DNA from: Candidatus Eiseniibacteriota bacterium
Lineage (GTDB): Bacteria; Eisenbacteria; RBG-16-71-46
Direction of reading: 5' to 3'
Length of the DNA stretch: 64,000 nt
NCBI GenBank assembly: GCA_963725865.1
Contig: CAVSAC010000014.1
Location: 224,001-288,000, forward strand
Below the pieces are notes generated by a model that worked only from the letters and a program-made list of their open reading frames with translations, had not been told where the DNA came from and searched no databases. Position 1 is the stretch's first letter; each line of letters starts with the position of its first letter. This document shows, piece by piece, positions 39,637 through 49,615 of the stretch. Both the position numbers and the translations under genes were made by a program.

Positions 39637-40386
39637 TCAGCGGGCCATGCCCGCGGGGTGGTCCGAGGTGTGGGCCAGGTGCACGCCAGCGGGCTCGCAG
39701 CCCGCCTCGCGCCACGCCCATTCGGCCGGAACCCATTCAGGCTCCGGGTGTTCCAGGATCGCGGCCAGCTCCAGCGCCGTCGCCCGCCGAACCTCCTCGA
39801 GCGCCGGGACGGCCCCCAGCCGCCGGGCCATCGACGTCATTCGGATGCCGTGAAGGCCGCAGGGATGGATCAGTTCGAATCCCTTCAGATCCGGGGCCAC
39901 GTTCAGAGCCACACCATGATAGCCCACCCACCGGCGCACAGCGACGCCGATGGAGGCGATCTTCTCGCCGCCCACCCACACGCCCGTGCGGCCCGCAACG
40001 CGCTCGCCGTTCAGGCCCCAGCGAGCCAGCACGCGGATGATCCCCTCCTCGAGGTCCCGCAGATAGCGATGCAGGTCCCGGTCGCGTCGCGCCAGGTCCA
40101 CGATGGGGTAGGCGACCAGCTGACCGGGGCCGTGCCAGGTGACGTCACCGCCACGCGCCACCTCGAACACCTCGATCCCCAGCGCGGACAGCGCGACCGC
40201 ATCGACGCGCAGGTTGCCCGGACTCGGATGCCGCCCCACCGTGAGCACCGGCGGATGATCCGGGAACAACAGCCAGTCCCCGGTCCGCCCGTTCGCCCGC
40301 GCCTGGACGAGGCCCTCCTGCAGCGAGAGCCCGTCGCGATAGGACGTGGGGCCCAGATGCGTCGCGAGGAGGGCCATTGCCGCCAC
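39637..40386 (-). CDS. lipB: Octanoyltransferase
   Basis: HPPVLTVGR, RGGDVTWHGPGQLVAYPI, KIASIG, HGVALNV, IHPCGL. Confidence 0.96.
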   Translation of the reverse strand: MAAMALLATHLGPTSYRDGLSLQEGLVQARANGRTGDWLLFPDHPPVLTVGRHPSPGNLRVDAVALSALGIEVFEVARGGDVTWHGPGQLVAYPIVDLARRDRDLHRYLRDLEEGIIRVLARWGLNGERVAGRTGVWVGGEKIASIGVAVRRWVGYHGVALNVAPDLKGFELIHPCGLHGIRMTSMARRLGAVPALEEVRRATALELAAILEHPEPEWVPAEWAWREAGCEPAGVHLAHTSDHPAGMAR

Positions 40387-40389
40387 CGA

Positions 40390-41730
40390 TCAGACGTAGA
40401 ACCAGAGCAGCTCGGGCTTCTCGAGCAGCTCGCACACGCGCCGCAGGAACTTGACCGCCAGCTCGCCGTCGACCACGCGGTGATCGAATCCAATGCTCGC
40501 GTTCATCATCGGTCGCGCGACGATCTGGCCAGCGCGGATCACCGGCCGCTCGACGATCTTGTGCACGCCCAGGATCGCGACCTCGGGCACGTTGATGACG
40601 GGCGACGAGTTGACCGCGCCGTACACGCCCGCGTTCGTGATGCTGAACGTGCCGCCCTGGATGTCGTCCGGCTTGAGCCGGTCCGCGCGCGCCCGCGCCG
40701 CGAGATCGCCCACCTCGGCCGCGATCTGCGCCAGGTTCTTGCGGTCGCAGTCCTTGAGGTTCGGGACGATCAGTCCCTTGTCGTCGCGACCCACCGCGAT
40801 GCCGATGTTGTAGTAGTGCTTCACCACCATCGAGTCGCCGCGCACCTCGCCGTTGACCCACGGGTACTCGCGGAGCGCCAGCACCGCGGCCTTGATGAAG
40901 AACGGCATGTAGGTCAGCTTGACGCCCTGGGCCTCGAGGCGCGGTCCCCACTCGTGCTTGAGCGCCACGATCGCGCTCATGTCGGCCTCGTCGAAGCAAT
41001 GGGTGTGCGCCGCGGTGTGCTTGGCCTTCACCATGTTCTCGGCGATCAGCTTGCGGACCTTGCTGAACGGCAGGACTTCCTCGCGCGGTCCGCCCGCCGA
41101 GACGCCGACCCGGCCGGCGAGGAAGCCCGGCGGTGGCGCGGCGGCAGCCGCCGGTGCCGCGCCGCGCGGCGCGGCGGACACCGCCGGAGCCGCACCGCGA
41201 TCCTGCAGGTAGGCGATCAGATCGTCGCGCGTCACGCGCCCCGCGAGGCCGCTGCCGCGGATGCTCGAGAGCTCGGCAGCGCTGACGTTCTGCTCCCGCA
41301 TCAGCTTGCGCACCGCGGGTGAGAGGTTGCGCGGCTCGTCCGCCTCACCCCCGTTGGAGCCCACGTGGGCGGGGGCGGTGGCGACGGCGACGGGCGCCGA
41401 AGTGGAACCACTCGCGAACGCCCGCGCGGGCGCGGCGACGGCCGCGGATGTCGATGCGGCGGGTGGCGCGGCGGCGGCGACCGCCGGGGCGCCGGCTCCG
41501 GACAGCCGTCCGATCTCGGTCCCCACCAGCACCGTGGTGCCCTCCGGCACCACGATGGCCTCCAGCACGCCCTCGGCAGGCGACGGGATCTCGACGTTGA
41601 TCTTGTCGGTCTGGATCTCGACCAGCGGCTCTTCCTTGCGCACGCGGTCTCCGACCTGCTTCAGCCACTTCGAGACCGTCCCTTCCGCGACGCTCTCGCC
41701 GAGCTGGGGCACCACGATCGAGATGGGCAT
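40390..41730 (-). CDS. 2-oxoacid dehydrogenase E2 (dihydrolipoamide acyltransferase), single lipoyl domain
   Basis: PQLGESVAEG, QTDKINVE, SPAVRKL..GSG.AGRVTRDD, GGTFSITN, DHRVVDG. Confidence 0.95.
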   Translation of the reverse strand: MPISIVVPQLGESVAEGTVSKWLKQVGDRVRKEEPLVEIQTDKINVEIPSPAEGVLEAIVVPEGTTVLVGTEIGRLSGAGAPAVAAAAPPAASTSAAVAAPARAFASGSTSAPVAVATAPAHVGSNGGEADEPRNLSPAVRKLMREQNVSAAELSSIRGSGLAGRVTRDDLIAYLQDRGAAPAVSAAPRGAAPAAAAAPPPGFLAGRVGVSAGGPREEVLPFSKVRKLIAENMVKAKHTAAHTHCFDEADMSAIVALKHEWGPRLEAQGVKLTYMPFFIKAAVLALREYPWVNGEVRGDSMVVKHYYNIGIAVGRDDKGLIVPNLKDCDRKNLAQIAAEVGDLAARARADRLKPDDIQGGTFSITNAGVYGAVNSSPVINVPEVAILGVHKIVERPVIRAGQIVARPMMNASIGFDHRVVDGELAVKFLRRVCELLEKPELLWFYV

Positions 41731-41845
41731 GGCTATCCTCCGTGAAAGCCCGCGGCGCGCGGGCGACGAGACGACGCGGTGGGCGGGGCGCCGGGCGCGG
41801 ACATCGCGGCGCGGGCGGTTCGGATGGGTCGATGCGCGGAGCGCA

Positions 41846-42364
41846 TCAGGAGGCTCCGGCGCCGCTGCCGGCACTCGCCGACGAGCGCTGCGCCAGGCGA
41901 TGACGCCGCCGCTCCTGGGCACGCGCGTTCTCGGCGCGCTCGTCCTCGTTCTCGAGGAGCAGCGGAGGGACGCCGGTCGGCCGGCGGGTGGCGGGGTCGA
42001 GTGCGACGAAGGTGATGTAGGCGGTCGAGGTGTGGCGGCTCTCCCCCGTCAGCAGGTTCTCGGCCTCCACGTCCACCCGGATCTCCATGCTGCTGCGGTC
42101 GACCAGCGTGATGCGGGCCCGGATGTTCGCCAGTTCGCCGACCAGGATCGGGGCCCGGAAGGCCATCTCGTCGATGGCGGCGGTGACCACCGGTCGGCGG
42201 CTGTGACGGCTCGCGACCACCGCGGCGGCGAGGTCGATCCAATGCAGCACGGTGCCGCCCAGCACGCTGCCGTGCACGTTGGCCTCGTGCGGCAGCACCA
42301 GCTGGGCCATCTCGGTCGCGGAGTCGCGGACGCGACGTCCGGCGGTGGGGGTCTCCGGGGTCAC
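41846..42364 (-). CDS. Acyl-CoA thioesterase (hotdog fold)
   Basis: VLPHEANVHG...GG.VL.WID, VVTA, SSMEI, TFVALD. Confidence 0.92.
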   Translation of the reverse strand: MTPETPTAGRRVRDSATEMAQLVLPHEANVHGSVLGGTVLHWIDLAAAVVASRHSRRPVVTAAIDEMAFRAPILVGELANIRARITLVDRSSMEIRVDVEAENLLTGESRHTSTAYITFVALDPATRRPTGVPPLLLENEDERAENARAQERRRHRLAQRSSASAGSGAGAS

Positions 42365-42432
42365 GAGCGTTCGGATGCCTCCCGGTGCCCGAAGGCGTGG
42401 GGGAAACCAGACAGGGCCTGTCGAAGGCGCGG

Positions 42433-42462
42433 ATTATAGGGGCGCGCGCGCGGGAGGCGCAA
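42433..42462 (-). promoter_or_regulatory. Sigma70-like promoter for the thioesterase/E2/lip run
   Basis: Minus strand TTGCGC-N18-TATAAT. Confidence 0.7.
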
Positions 42463-42479
42463 TCGGCGCCTCAACGCCG

Positions 42480-42507
42480 ACGGCCGGGCCCCGCAGGGCC
42501 CGGCCGT
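42480..42507 (-). terminator. Hairpin downstream of 42526..44586
   Basis: ACGGCCGGGCCC-N4-GGGCCCGGCCGT, 12-bp stem. Confidence 0.6.
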
Positions 42508-42525
42508 GGCGTGTGCTGCGGAGGC

Positions 42526-44586
42526 TCAGTCCAGCTTGATGCTGCGAAGCGTGTGCGTCTCCGTCCCGACCTGCAGGCGGTAGAAGTACACGCCGCTGCC
42601 CACCGAGCGGCCGCCGTCATCGAGGCCGTTCCAGGTGCGCGAGTAGCGACCGGCATCCATCACGCCATTCGCCAGCGTCGCGATCTTGCGGCCCGCGAGG
42701 TCGAACACGCCCAGCGCGACGGTGTTGCGCACCGGCAGGCCGAACGACACGCGCGGCGTGCGCGCGGGGTTCGGGGCCACCGCGAACTCCACCTTGCGCG
42801 GCAGCTGGCTGTTCACGCCGGTCACGGGCGAGCCGTGGTCCACGATGTCCGCGTCGTTGCGCGGCTGCATGCGGAACGCGCCGAACGAGAACTGCACGAT
42901 GCCCGTCACGTCGATGACGTGATCGACCACCGGCAGGAAGGTGCGGGTGTTGTTGTTGGCGACGAAGAACGTGTCCGCCGGCGTGGTCAGGTCGACGACG
43001 CGGAAGTTGGCACCCGCGACGAACGCGGTGCCGCCGTTGTTGCCCACGATGCGGGCGTACGACACCTTCGCGATCGTACCTTCGACGTCCTCGCCGTTGA
43101 AGACGCTCTGCGTCGCGTCGCACGTGGTGTCGCGGATCGCGGAGCAGTCGATGTCGACCGGCGTCGGCAGCGCGACCGCGCCGTTGTCCACGATGTAGAC
43201 CGTGTTCACGAGCTCGGTCTCACCACTCGACGTCGATGGGAACTCCTGCAGGTTGCACACCACGAGGTAGTCGTGACCGATCACCAGCGGGACGCTCGGC
43301 GCGAAGATCGCGACGCCGCTGCGCGGGCCGCTGGCCGCATCCATCAGGGTGTAGAGGCTGCCCTGGATGCCGGCACACACGCCGCGCACCGAGAGGCGCG
43401 CGGTCAGGCCGTTGTTGCCGGCGAGGAAGTTCGCGACGTCCTTGCAGCCCGTCACGGCCACCAGCGAGTCGGCGTTCGGGCCCTGCACCAGCGCGACAGA
43501 CAGCACGCCGTTGGAGAAGTTGCGGCTCGCCTGCGAGGTCATCGACAGCCCGTTCGCCAGGCCGACGACGTTGTTCACGTTGATCTGCTCGGGATCGCCG
43601 TCGGCGAGCCCGTTGTTGATGTCGAGGAACACCGCGGACTGCCCGTCCATCGTCGCCGCGGTGATGCCGCCGCCCGAGCCGAGCGAGTAGTTCGCGAGGT
43701 TCGTGGCCGAGGCGGTCGTCACGTTGCGGTCGAACACCACGCGGACGCGCGTGTCGGTGACCGGATATGCGTCGTTCACCGACGGGGGCGTCGCGACCGA
43801 GATGTCGTTGCCGTCGCGCAGCTGGATGCGATAGCCGCGGGCGCGCTGATCGTAGACACCCTGCACCCAGTCGACGACGGTGAGCACGGCCGGCGGCGTG
43901 TAGGTCGCGAGCGTGTTGCCGTCCACGAACAGGGAGTCACAGAACGGTCCCGGGCAGGCCGGATCGACGAGGAGGAACGAGTTGTTGGTGCCGAGTCCGC
44001 CGGTGAGCGAGGTGCGCGCCACCTTGAGCGGCCCGTTGACGCGGACCAGCATGCCTTCCCACGGCTCGGCGGCCGTGTTGGTCGGCAGCTCCTGCAGTTC
44101 CGTCATGGTGCCGACGTGGATCGGCGGGAGCGGATGACCGGACGAGACGAAGCGCGAGATCAGGTCGGTCGCGGACGCGTTGTTCGGGAAGTTCGTCAAC
44201 TCGGTGCCGCCGCCGAACTCGGTGACGCGGCCGTAGCAGACCACGCTGTCACCGAGCTGATAGCCATACGGCGCCGGCGTGCCGGGACCGCGGAACCCGG
44301 CACCCGTGAACACGTCGATGCCGGTGTAGGGCGCGCCGCTCGAGGACTGGATGTAGAACGCGAATCCCGTCGGCTTCGGATCGAAACCCGTGATGATGCC
44401 GGAGATCCCCCAGATGGTGTCGCCATTGGCCGGGAACGGCACTGCGGCCGGGTCCTGGAGGTTGCTGATCGAGAGCGTGTCAGGGAACGCACCGCCCGGA
44501 CCGGGCGGATACTGGGAGGCGAACGCACTCGTGGCGAGAGCGAGCGCCGCCAGCACGACTACCGTGGTGACCAACTTCTTCGTCAT
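42526..44586 (-). CDS. Secreted protein with repeated OB-fold-like modules and an FlgD/T9SS-like C-terminal domain
   Basis: Signal peptide (AFA-S). GIIT..FYIQ...GIDVF...GDSVVCYGRVTEFGGGTEL, EPWEGMLVRV, MQPRNDADI. C-terminus PNP...FDLAGRKIATL...WNGLDD.GR.VGSGVYFYRL. Confidence 0.85.
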   Translation of the reverse strand: MTKKLVTTVVVLAALALATSAFASQYPPGPGGAFPDTLSISNLQDPAAVPFPANGDTIWGISGIITGFDPKPTGFAFYIQSSSGAPYTGIDVFTGAGFRGPGTPAPYGYQLGDSVVCYGRVTEFGGGTELTNFPNNASATDLISRFVSSGHPLPPIHVGTMTELQELPTNTAAEPWEGMLVRVNGPLKVARTSLTGGLGTNNSFLLVDPACPGPFCDSLFVDGNTLATYTPPAVLTVVDWVQGVYDQRARGYRIQLRDGNDISVATPPSVNDAYPVTDTRVRVVFDRNVTTASATNLANYSLGSGGGITAATMDGQSAVFLDINNGLADGDPEQINVNNVVGLANGLSMTSQASRNFSNGVLSVALVQGPNADSLVAVTGCKDVANFLAGNNGLTARLSVRGVCAGIQGSLYTLMDAASGPRSGVAIFAPSVPLVIGHDYLVVCNLQEFPSTSSGETELVNTVYIVDNGAVALPTPVDIDCSAIRDTTCDATQSVFNGEDVEGTIAKVSYARIVGNNGGTAFVAGANFRVVDLTTPADTFFVANNNTRTFLPVVDHVIDVTGIVQFSFGAFRMQPRNDADIVDHGSPVTGVNSQLPRKVEFAVAPNPARTPRVSFGLPVRNTVALGVFDLAGRKIATLANGVMDAGRYSRTWNGLDDGGRSVGSGVYFYRLQVGTETHTLRSIKLD

Positions 44587-44963
44587 GTGGATACCCCTTT
44601 TGGTTCGCAGGACGTCGAACTGAAGTTGTACTCGGGGTGGATCGAAGATCGGGCGTGAGCCTCCTTGCGCGGCCAGGCGCCGATGTCCGCGCCGCCAGTG
44701 ACAACTGGGGACGCTGCTGCTCAAATCAGTAAGCCATCAAGAGGATACCAAGATGGTGGCTAACCACCAACAGAATAAAGCGATGCGTGTTTCTGAAAGG
44801 TGACCGGCCGCCTTGCTGGAATCGTGCCGAGACAGCCCGCCAGACCCTCGAAGTATCCCTTCCAGAACCACGTATCCCGACGGGCGCTGCTGAAAGGCGC
44901 AGCGGCACTCGCGCCGCCGAGGAGCCCTCCGGGCGAGCGCGAAGGAACCCGGCGAGACCCGCC

Positions 44964-46454
44964 TCAGGGACTGACGCGCAGCTGGTTCTGCAGGATCCGC
45001 TGGAACACGCGCGCCGCCGCGCCCAGGCCGTCCGCCCGGTTCATCGGGAAGGTGATCGCCACCGCGCGCCCCTGGTTCGGGTGCGGCACCGAGATCGCCA
45101 CCGCCATGGGGAATGCGTTGTTCTCCGCCAGAGCGCCCGGCGCGGCCCAGAACAGCCCCTGGCTGGGATCCCGGAGCGCGAACGCCCGCAGGCCGCCGAC
45201 CAGCGAGGTGAAGCGCAGCGAATCCGCCACGACGTCCGTGGAGAGCGTGGTCCCGCCCACGCCCTGCGTGGTGCCCCACGCGGCCGTGGAGTCGGCCGCC
45301 GTGAAGAAGTGCTGGTAGAGGAAGTCGCTGCCGAGATGATCGCTGAGGAACTGCTGGCTCAGCGCTCCGTTCGCGATGCCCTGCGCGACCAGGTTGGTTC
45401 CCTCGAGCAGCAGTCGGCCGCCGCCGTCCAGGTAGGCCCCGAGTCCACTGGAATAGTTGGAGAGCAGCGCCACATCGCCTGCGGGAGTCTTGCTGGAGAA
45501 CGTGCGGGTCTGGCTGCCCCGGTACCACATCACCGCCTGGAACAGCTTGCAGGTCTGTTCCAGGTCCTTCGCGGAGCGGAACGGCTGGCTGGTCTCGAGC
45601 CGCAGCGTCGAGTAGGTGCCCGCGGGCAGGTTGATGCGGATGTTGTTGCCGTAGAAGTTGTCGGTCGTGATCGCGCCGGCCTCGTCGTTCGGCATGTCGT
45701 CGATGATGAGGAGTCGCGCCTCGGTGCCCCGGACCGGCTTCCGCACCCGCCAGGACGCGAGGGACACCGGACCGGCGAGACCTCCATCGTCGATCGGCTG
45801 CACGTAGACGATGCGCGGAACGATCGTGTCGGTCGGCGCGCCGGTGGCGGAGTCCCCCTGCGTGAAGTCCGCCGACGGGATGGTGAAGTCGGTCGTCCCC
45901 GCGGGTAGCAGCCGCACGTTCGCCGAGTTGCCGTTCAGCCACAGCCGGTAGGTCATCTTCGACGCGTCGCCGTCGGGATCGATCGGCGTCCATCGCAGCG
46001 TCAGCGTGTAGAAGGTCACGTCGCTGGGGACCGGAGCGATCGTGAACTGGAGCCGCGGCGGCAGATTGCTGAACGTGAAGTCCTCGACCGCGGGCGTCTC
46101 GTCGCGCTGCTGGGCATTGTCGATCGCCCGCACCTCGAACCGGGGCCGGATCGCGGTGGTGTCCCCCGTGAAGACCGTGAAGATCGAGTCCGTTCGGGTG
46201 GTGAACACCCACCCGGTGTCGGCGGGCGCCTGCGGATTGTGGAAGCGGATCTCGAACCCGACCACGTCCCCGTCCGGGTCGCTGCCGAACCAGTAGAGAT
46301 GGACGATGTGGTTGACGGTGTCAACCGGACCCTGGACGAACAGGGTCGTCTCGGGCGGGAGATTCGGTCGCAGCACCCCCTTCGGCGAACAGCCGCCGGC
46401 GAGGGTGGCGAGGGCGAGCGCTCCTGCGAGCGCCAGTCGGGACGAGCGACGCAT
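44964..46454 (-). CDS. Lipoprotein, distant relative of the 8879/18689 family
   Basis: LAGGC lipobox-like motif, NLPPETTL, W.GSDPDG.V..F, FEVRAIDN, second DPDGD, RLLIIDD, YLDGGGRLLL.G. The gene is the 3' part of the 44964..47921 ORF. Confidence 0.8.
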   Translation of the reverse strand: MRRSSRLALAGALALATLAGGCSPKGVLRPNLPPETTLFVQGPVDTVNHIVHLYWFGSDPDGDVVGFEIRFHNPQAPADTGWVFTTRTDSIFTVFTGDTTAIRPRFEVRAIDNAQQRDETPAVEDFTFSNLPPRLQFTIAPVPSDVTFYTLTLRWTPIDPDGDASKMTYRLWLNGNSANVRLLPAGTTDFTIPSADFTQGDSATGAPTDTIVPRIVYVQPIDDGGLAGPVSLASWRVRKPVRGTEARLLIIDDMPNDEAGAITTDNFYGNNIRINLPAGTYSTLRLETSQPFRSAKDLEQTCKLFQAVMWYRGSQTRTFSSKTPAGDVALLSNYSSGLGAYLDGGGRLLLEGTNLVAQGIANGALSQQFLSDHLGSDFLYQHFFTAADSTAAWGTTQGVGGTTLSTDVVADSLRFTSLVGGLRAFALRDPSQGLFWAAPGALAENNAFPMAVAISVPHPNQGRAVAITFPMNRADGLGAAARVFQRILQNQLRVSP

Positions 46455-46456
46455 GG

Positions 46457-48472
46457 CTAGAAGTTCTCCCGGTCCGACTTCACGATCAGGAACTTGCCCA
46501 CCGAGCGCTTGCCGCCGCTCTTGTCCTCGACCGAGTACATGTAGAGCCCGGTCGCGGCCGCCTGTCCTTCGCGCGTGATCATGTCCCAGCCGAACATGCG
46601 GCCGGACAGCGTCGGAGCGGGGACGTCGAGCTCGCGCTTGGGATCGTAGATCCCGCGCGTGCCCTGGCCGGTGTAGGTGGCGCCGTCGAAGTCGGTATCG
46701 AAGACGAGGTCGCCCGAGAGCGTGTAGATGCGGATCTTGCACCGCTCGGGCAGGTTGGCGAACCAGAGGTAGTGATCGCGCACCAACTGGCCGCGATCCC
46801 AGCGCGCTTCCACGCGGTACGGGTTCGGGAACACGGTCACGCCCTGTCCCGCGTTCTCGCCGCTCGCCGGCGCGGGGATGGCGAGCGTCTTGTTCTGGGA
46901 CAGGCCGCTTTCGAGGGACTCGATCTCGGTGCTGCCGATGTCGTACGAGGTCACCGCGCAGAAGTACTTGAAGCCGTTGCGCAACGACGCGAGCGTGTAC
47001 TTGTACTGGTACGTCTGACCGTCGATATCGACCGGGGGCACGAGCCGCACGGCCGTCAATCCGGTGTTGAAGCCGGTCGTGTCGTGGGCGCCCCCCGCGA
47101 GGTCGAACTGGGCGATCCGCCGGAGGTCGAGCCGGTCCTCGCCGACGTAGATGCGGTAGCCCTCGAAATCCTGGCCGAGCGGGCTGGTCGGGTCCACGGT
47201 CTGCTCGGGCGTGTCCTCCCAGTACAGGTCGAGCGCGCCCTCGCGCGGCACCACCTTGAGCCGCGGCGACGGCGGCGGGACCGGCACGATGTAGTCGCGG
47301 TCGTACGCTCGCTGAGCGAAGAGGGTGCGCGTACGGATGTCGGCGACCTCGGGCCCGCCCACGATCGCGAAGTCGACCTGGATGGAGTCCCCCGGCAACA
47401 GCAGCGGGAACGGGCCGGTCGCCTGGAGCGAGACCGGATCGCCCGACTGCGGCTGCAGGCTGTCTCCCACCAGCGGCTGGATCACGCCGGCACTCATGAG
47501 CGCGTAGCGCTCGACGTCCTCGTCGCGCAGCGTGCTGCCCGGTGCGTACGCCCACGCGGCGAGCGTCATCTTCTTGCTGGTGGTGTCGGAGATGCTCCCG
47601 GGACGCACGCCGAGGAACGCGAGCCCGATCCAGTACGGGACGTTTCCGAGCTGGCAGCCGCCGGTGATCGGGAGCTGGAAGCAGAAGTGCTCCCGCAGCA
47701 GCCGCTGCGGCTCGTCGTACTCCAGCCACTTCTTGCTGAACCACGAGCCCGGCCCCGCGGTGCTGCTCGGCGGCCATACGCTGTAGGCGTTCTTGTTGCC
47801 GCTCGCGAACTCGTTGTAGGCGCCGACCCACACATTCGTCAGCGGCGGCCCCTGGTTGATGATGACATAGTGGTAGAAGAGGATGTGCGCGTACTCGGAG
47901 AAGGACCACGCGTAGTTCCACTGCGTCACCAGCAGCTTCATCGGCCGGTGGTCCTCACCGGTCCCGATCGCGCGCTTGGCCGGCTGGTCGCTGAACGCCG
48001 AGTGCAGGTCCATCTCGCTGATGGAGGCGGGGTCGAAGAACTTGCTGTTCTCGAGCTTCGAGCGGATGTCGATGGCATTGCCCGCCGGCGTGAACTCGGT
48101 GGCGGCGGTGGTGGACTGGCCGGTCGCGCCGTCCACGGTGCCCGACACCACGCCGATGAAGGCGCCGTTGTCGTCGATGGCGTGCGCCCCGATCCAGAGG
48201 CCGCCGCGCACCAGGTGCTCGAAGCCGGTGCCGAGCGGGTACTCGAGCGACGGCGAGCGCGAGGCGAAGTTGTTCCCCCAGAACCCGTAGTTGGTCACGG
48301 TCATGCCGACCAGATTGCCGTTGGTCGCGAAGCTGCGATAGATGATCGAATCCGCCTGCGCGGCCGCGACGCGCGCCGGAGCGACGGCCTCGGCGGCGGC
48401 GTGGTCGAGATCCGCGGCCGCCACCGGGACCGCCCAGAGGGCGAGCGCGAGGATCGCGAGGCAGGTGCGCAT
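46457..48472 (-). CDS. Secreted protein with T9SS-like C-terminal domain (paralog A)
   Basis: Signal peptide, TNYGFWG..SLEYP.G.G..HL..GGLWIGA, PVPPPSP, DFEGYRIY, PNPY...FANLP..C.IRIYTLSGDLV...GLYMYSVED...GKFLIVKSDRENF. Confidence 0.85.
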   Translation of the reverse strand: MRTCLAILALALWAVPVAAADLDHAAAEAVAPARVAAAQADSIIYRSFATNGNLVGMTVTNYGFWGNNFASRSPSLEYPLGTGFEHLVRGGLWIGAHAIDDNGAFIGVVSGTVDGATGQSTTAATEFTPAGNAIDIRSKLENSKFFDPASISEMDLHSAFSDQPAKRAIGTGEDHRPMKLLVTQWNYAWSFSEYAHILFYHYVIINQGPPLTNVWVGAYNEFASGNKNAYSVWPPSSTAGPGSWFSKKWLEYDEPQRLLREHFCFQLPITGGCQLGNVPYWIGLAFLGVRPGSISDTTSKKMTLAAWAYAPGSTLRDEDVERYALMSAGVIQPLVGDSLQPQSGDPVSLQATGPFPLLLPGDSIQVDFAIVGGPEVADIRTRTLFAQRAYDRDYIVPVPPPSPRLKVVPREGALDLYWEDTPEQTVDPTSPLGQDFEGYRIYVGEDRLDLRRIAQFDLAGGAHDTTGFNTGLTAVRLVPPVDIDGQTYQYKYTLASLRNGFKYFCAVTSYDIGSTEIESLESGLSQNKTLAIPAPASGENAGQGVTVFPNPYRVEARWDRGQLVRDHYLWFANLPERCKIRIYTLSGDLVFDTDFDGATYTGQGTRGIYDPKRELDVPAPTLSGRMFGWDMITREGQAAATGLYMYSVEDKSGGKRSVGKFLIVKSDRENF

Positions 48473-49615
48473 CTACTTGCGCCTCTTGAAGCGGATCACC
48501 TCGTTGCGACCGCGATCGGCGACGTAGGCCAGCGTGTCGTCCGCCGCCACCGCCACCGGGTCGACCACGTGCACCTGCTGGTCGTTCGGCTCCAGGTCCA
48601 CGCGCTGGACGTACGACTTGTCGACGTCGAACCGGAGCACGCGCTGGTTGCCCTCGTCCACCACGTAGGTGAATCCCTGCAGGTCCGAGTAGACGTCCAG
48701 CGGTTTCTCGATCGGGAGGTCCTCGGCCGATGCCATCGCGGGGGCATCCCCCCCGTCGGAATTCACGTCGGAGAATCGCTGGGCGTAGTTGCGGCCGTAC
48801 ACCGCGCAGTAGAGCGCACCGCCGGCGTACGGACTCCAGTGCAGCCCGCGCGGGTCCACCACGTTACCGAAGCCGGTGCCCTGGTCGATCAGCCACGTCA
48901 GATCGCGGTGCCACGCGCAGCCCGGCATGTTCGGATCGCCCGCGGCGCCGCGTAGGTAGCGATAGACCACCGAGACGAACTTGCGCGTCCGCAGGCGCGG
49001 ATTGTCCTGGTCGGGCTCCAGGACGACCGCTGTGCCCGAGACGTACACGCGGCCCTGCACGTCGGCCGCGACGCCCGCGACGAACGCCATCGAGGTGTCG
49101 GTGAACGTGCTGATGGTGTCGCCGCCGAGCAGCCCGAACTCGCGCACCCTCCAGAACGCCGACAGGTTGCTGATGCGCCGCTGACCCGCGATCGAGTCGG
49201 GATCGCACACCGTCGGCGTCGCGGGATCGGCGCGTGCGAGGCACGTGTCACCCTGGTCGAGGATGAAGATGCTGCTGCCGCCGGCGCACAGCGCGACCGG
49301 GTTGAACAGGGTCGGGAAGTCGATCCCGGGGATCGGCGTGGGCCGCGACAGTGGATAGGCCTTCACCTCGCCGCGCGAGGCGAAGCCGGCGCCCGGTCCG
49401 TAGTTGAACAGCAGGAACAGCTGCGAGCCCGTCTGCGTGAGCAGGATGTCGTTGATTCCGACCATCCCGGTCCAGGTCTGGAGCATCTGGTAGGACTTGT
49501 CGCTCGGGATCGGCGGCTTCTTGTTCTCCGTCGGCAGCCTGTAGGCGGTGCCGCAGCCGGCGAGCGTGCCCGCGAGCAGCAGGCCACCGGCGAGGATGCG
49601 AAGGGCGGCGCGCAT
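48473..49615 (-). CDS. Lipoprotein with NHL/beta-propeller-like repeats
   Basis: TLAGC lipobox, FNPVAL, GVAADVQGRVYV, YVVDEGNQRVLRFD, YVADRGRNEVIRF. Confidence 0.8.
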   Translation of the reverse strand: MRAALRILAGGLLLAGTLAGCGTAYRLPTENKKPPIPSDKSYQMLQTWTGMVGINDILLTQTGSQLFLLFNYGPGAGFASRGEVKAYPLSRPTPIPGIDFPTLFNPVALCAGGSSIFILDQGDTCLARADPATPTVCDPDSIAGQRRISNLSAFWRVREFGLLGGDTISTFTDTSMAFVAGVAADVQGRVYVSGTAVVLEPDQDNPRLRTRKFVSVVYRYLRGAAGDPNMPGCAWHRDLTWLIDQGTGFGNVVDPRGLHWSPYAGGALYCAVYGRNYAQRFSDVNSDGGDAPAMASAEDLPIEKPLDVYSDLQGFTYVVDEGNQRVLRFDVDKSYVQRVDLEPNDQQVHVVDPVAVAADDTLAYVADRGRNEVIRFKRRK

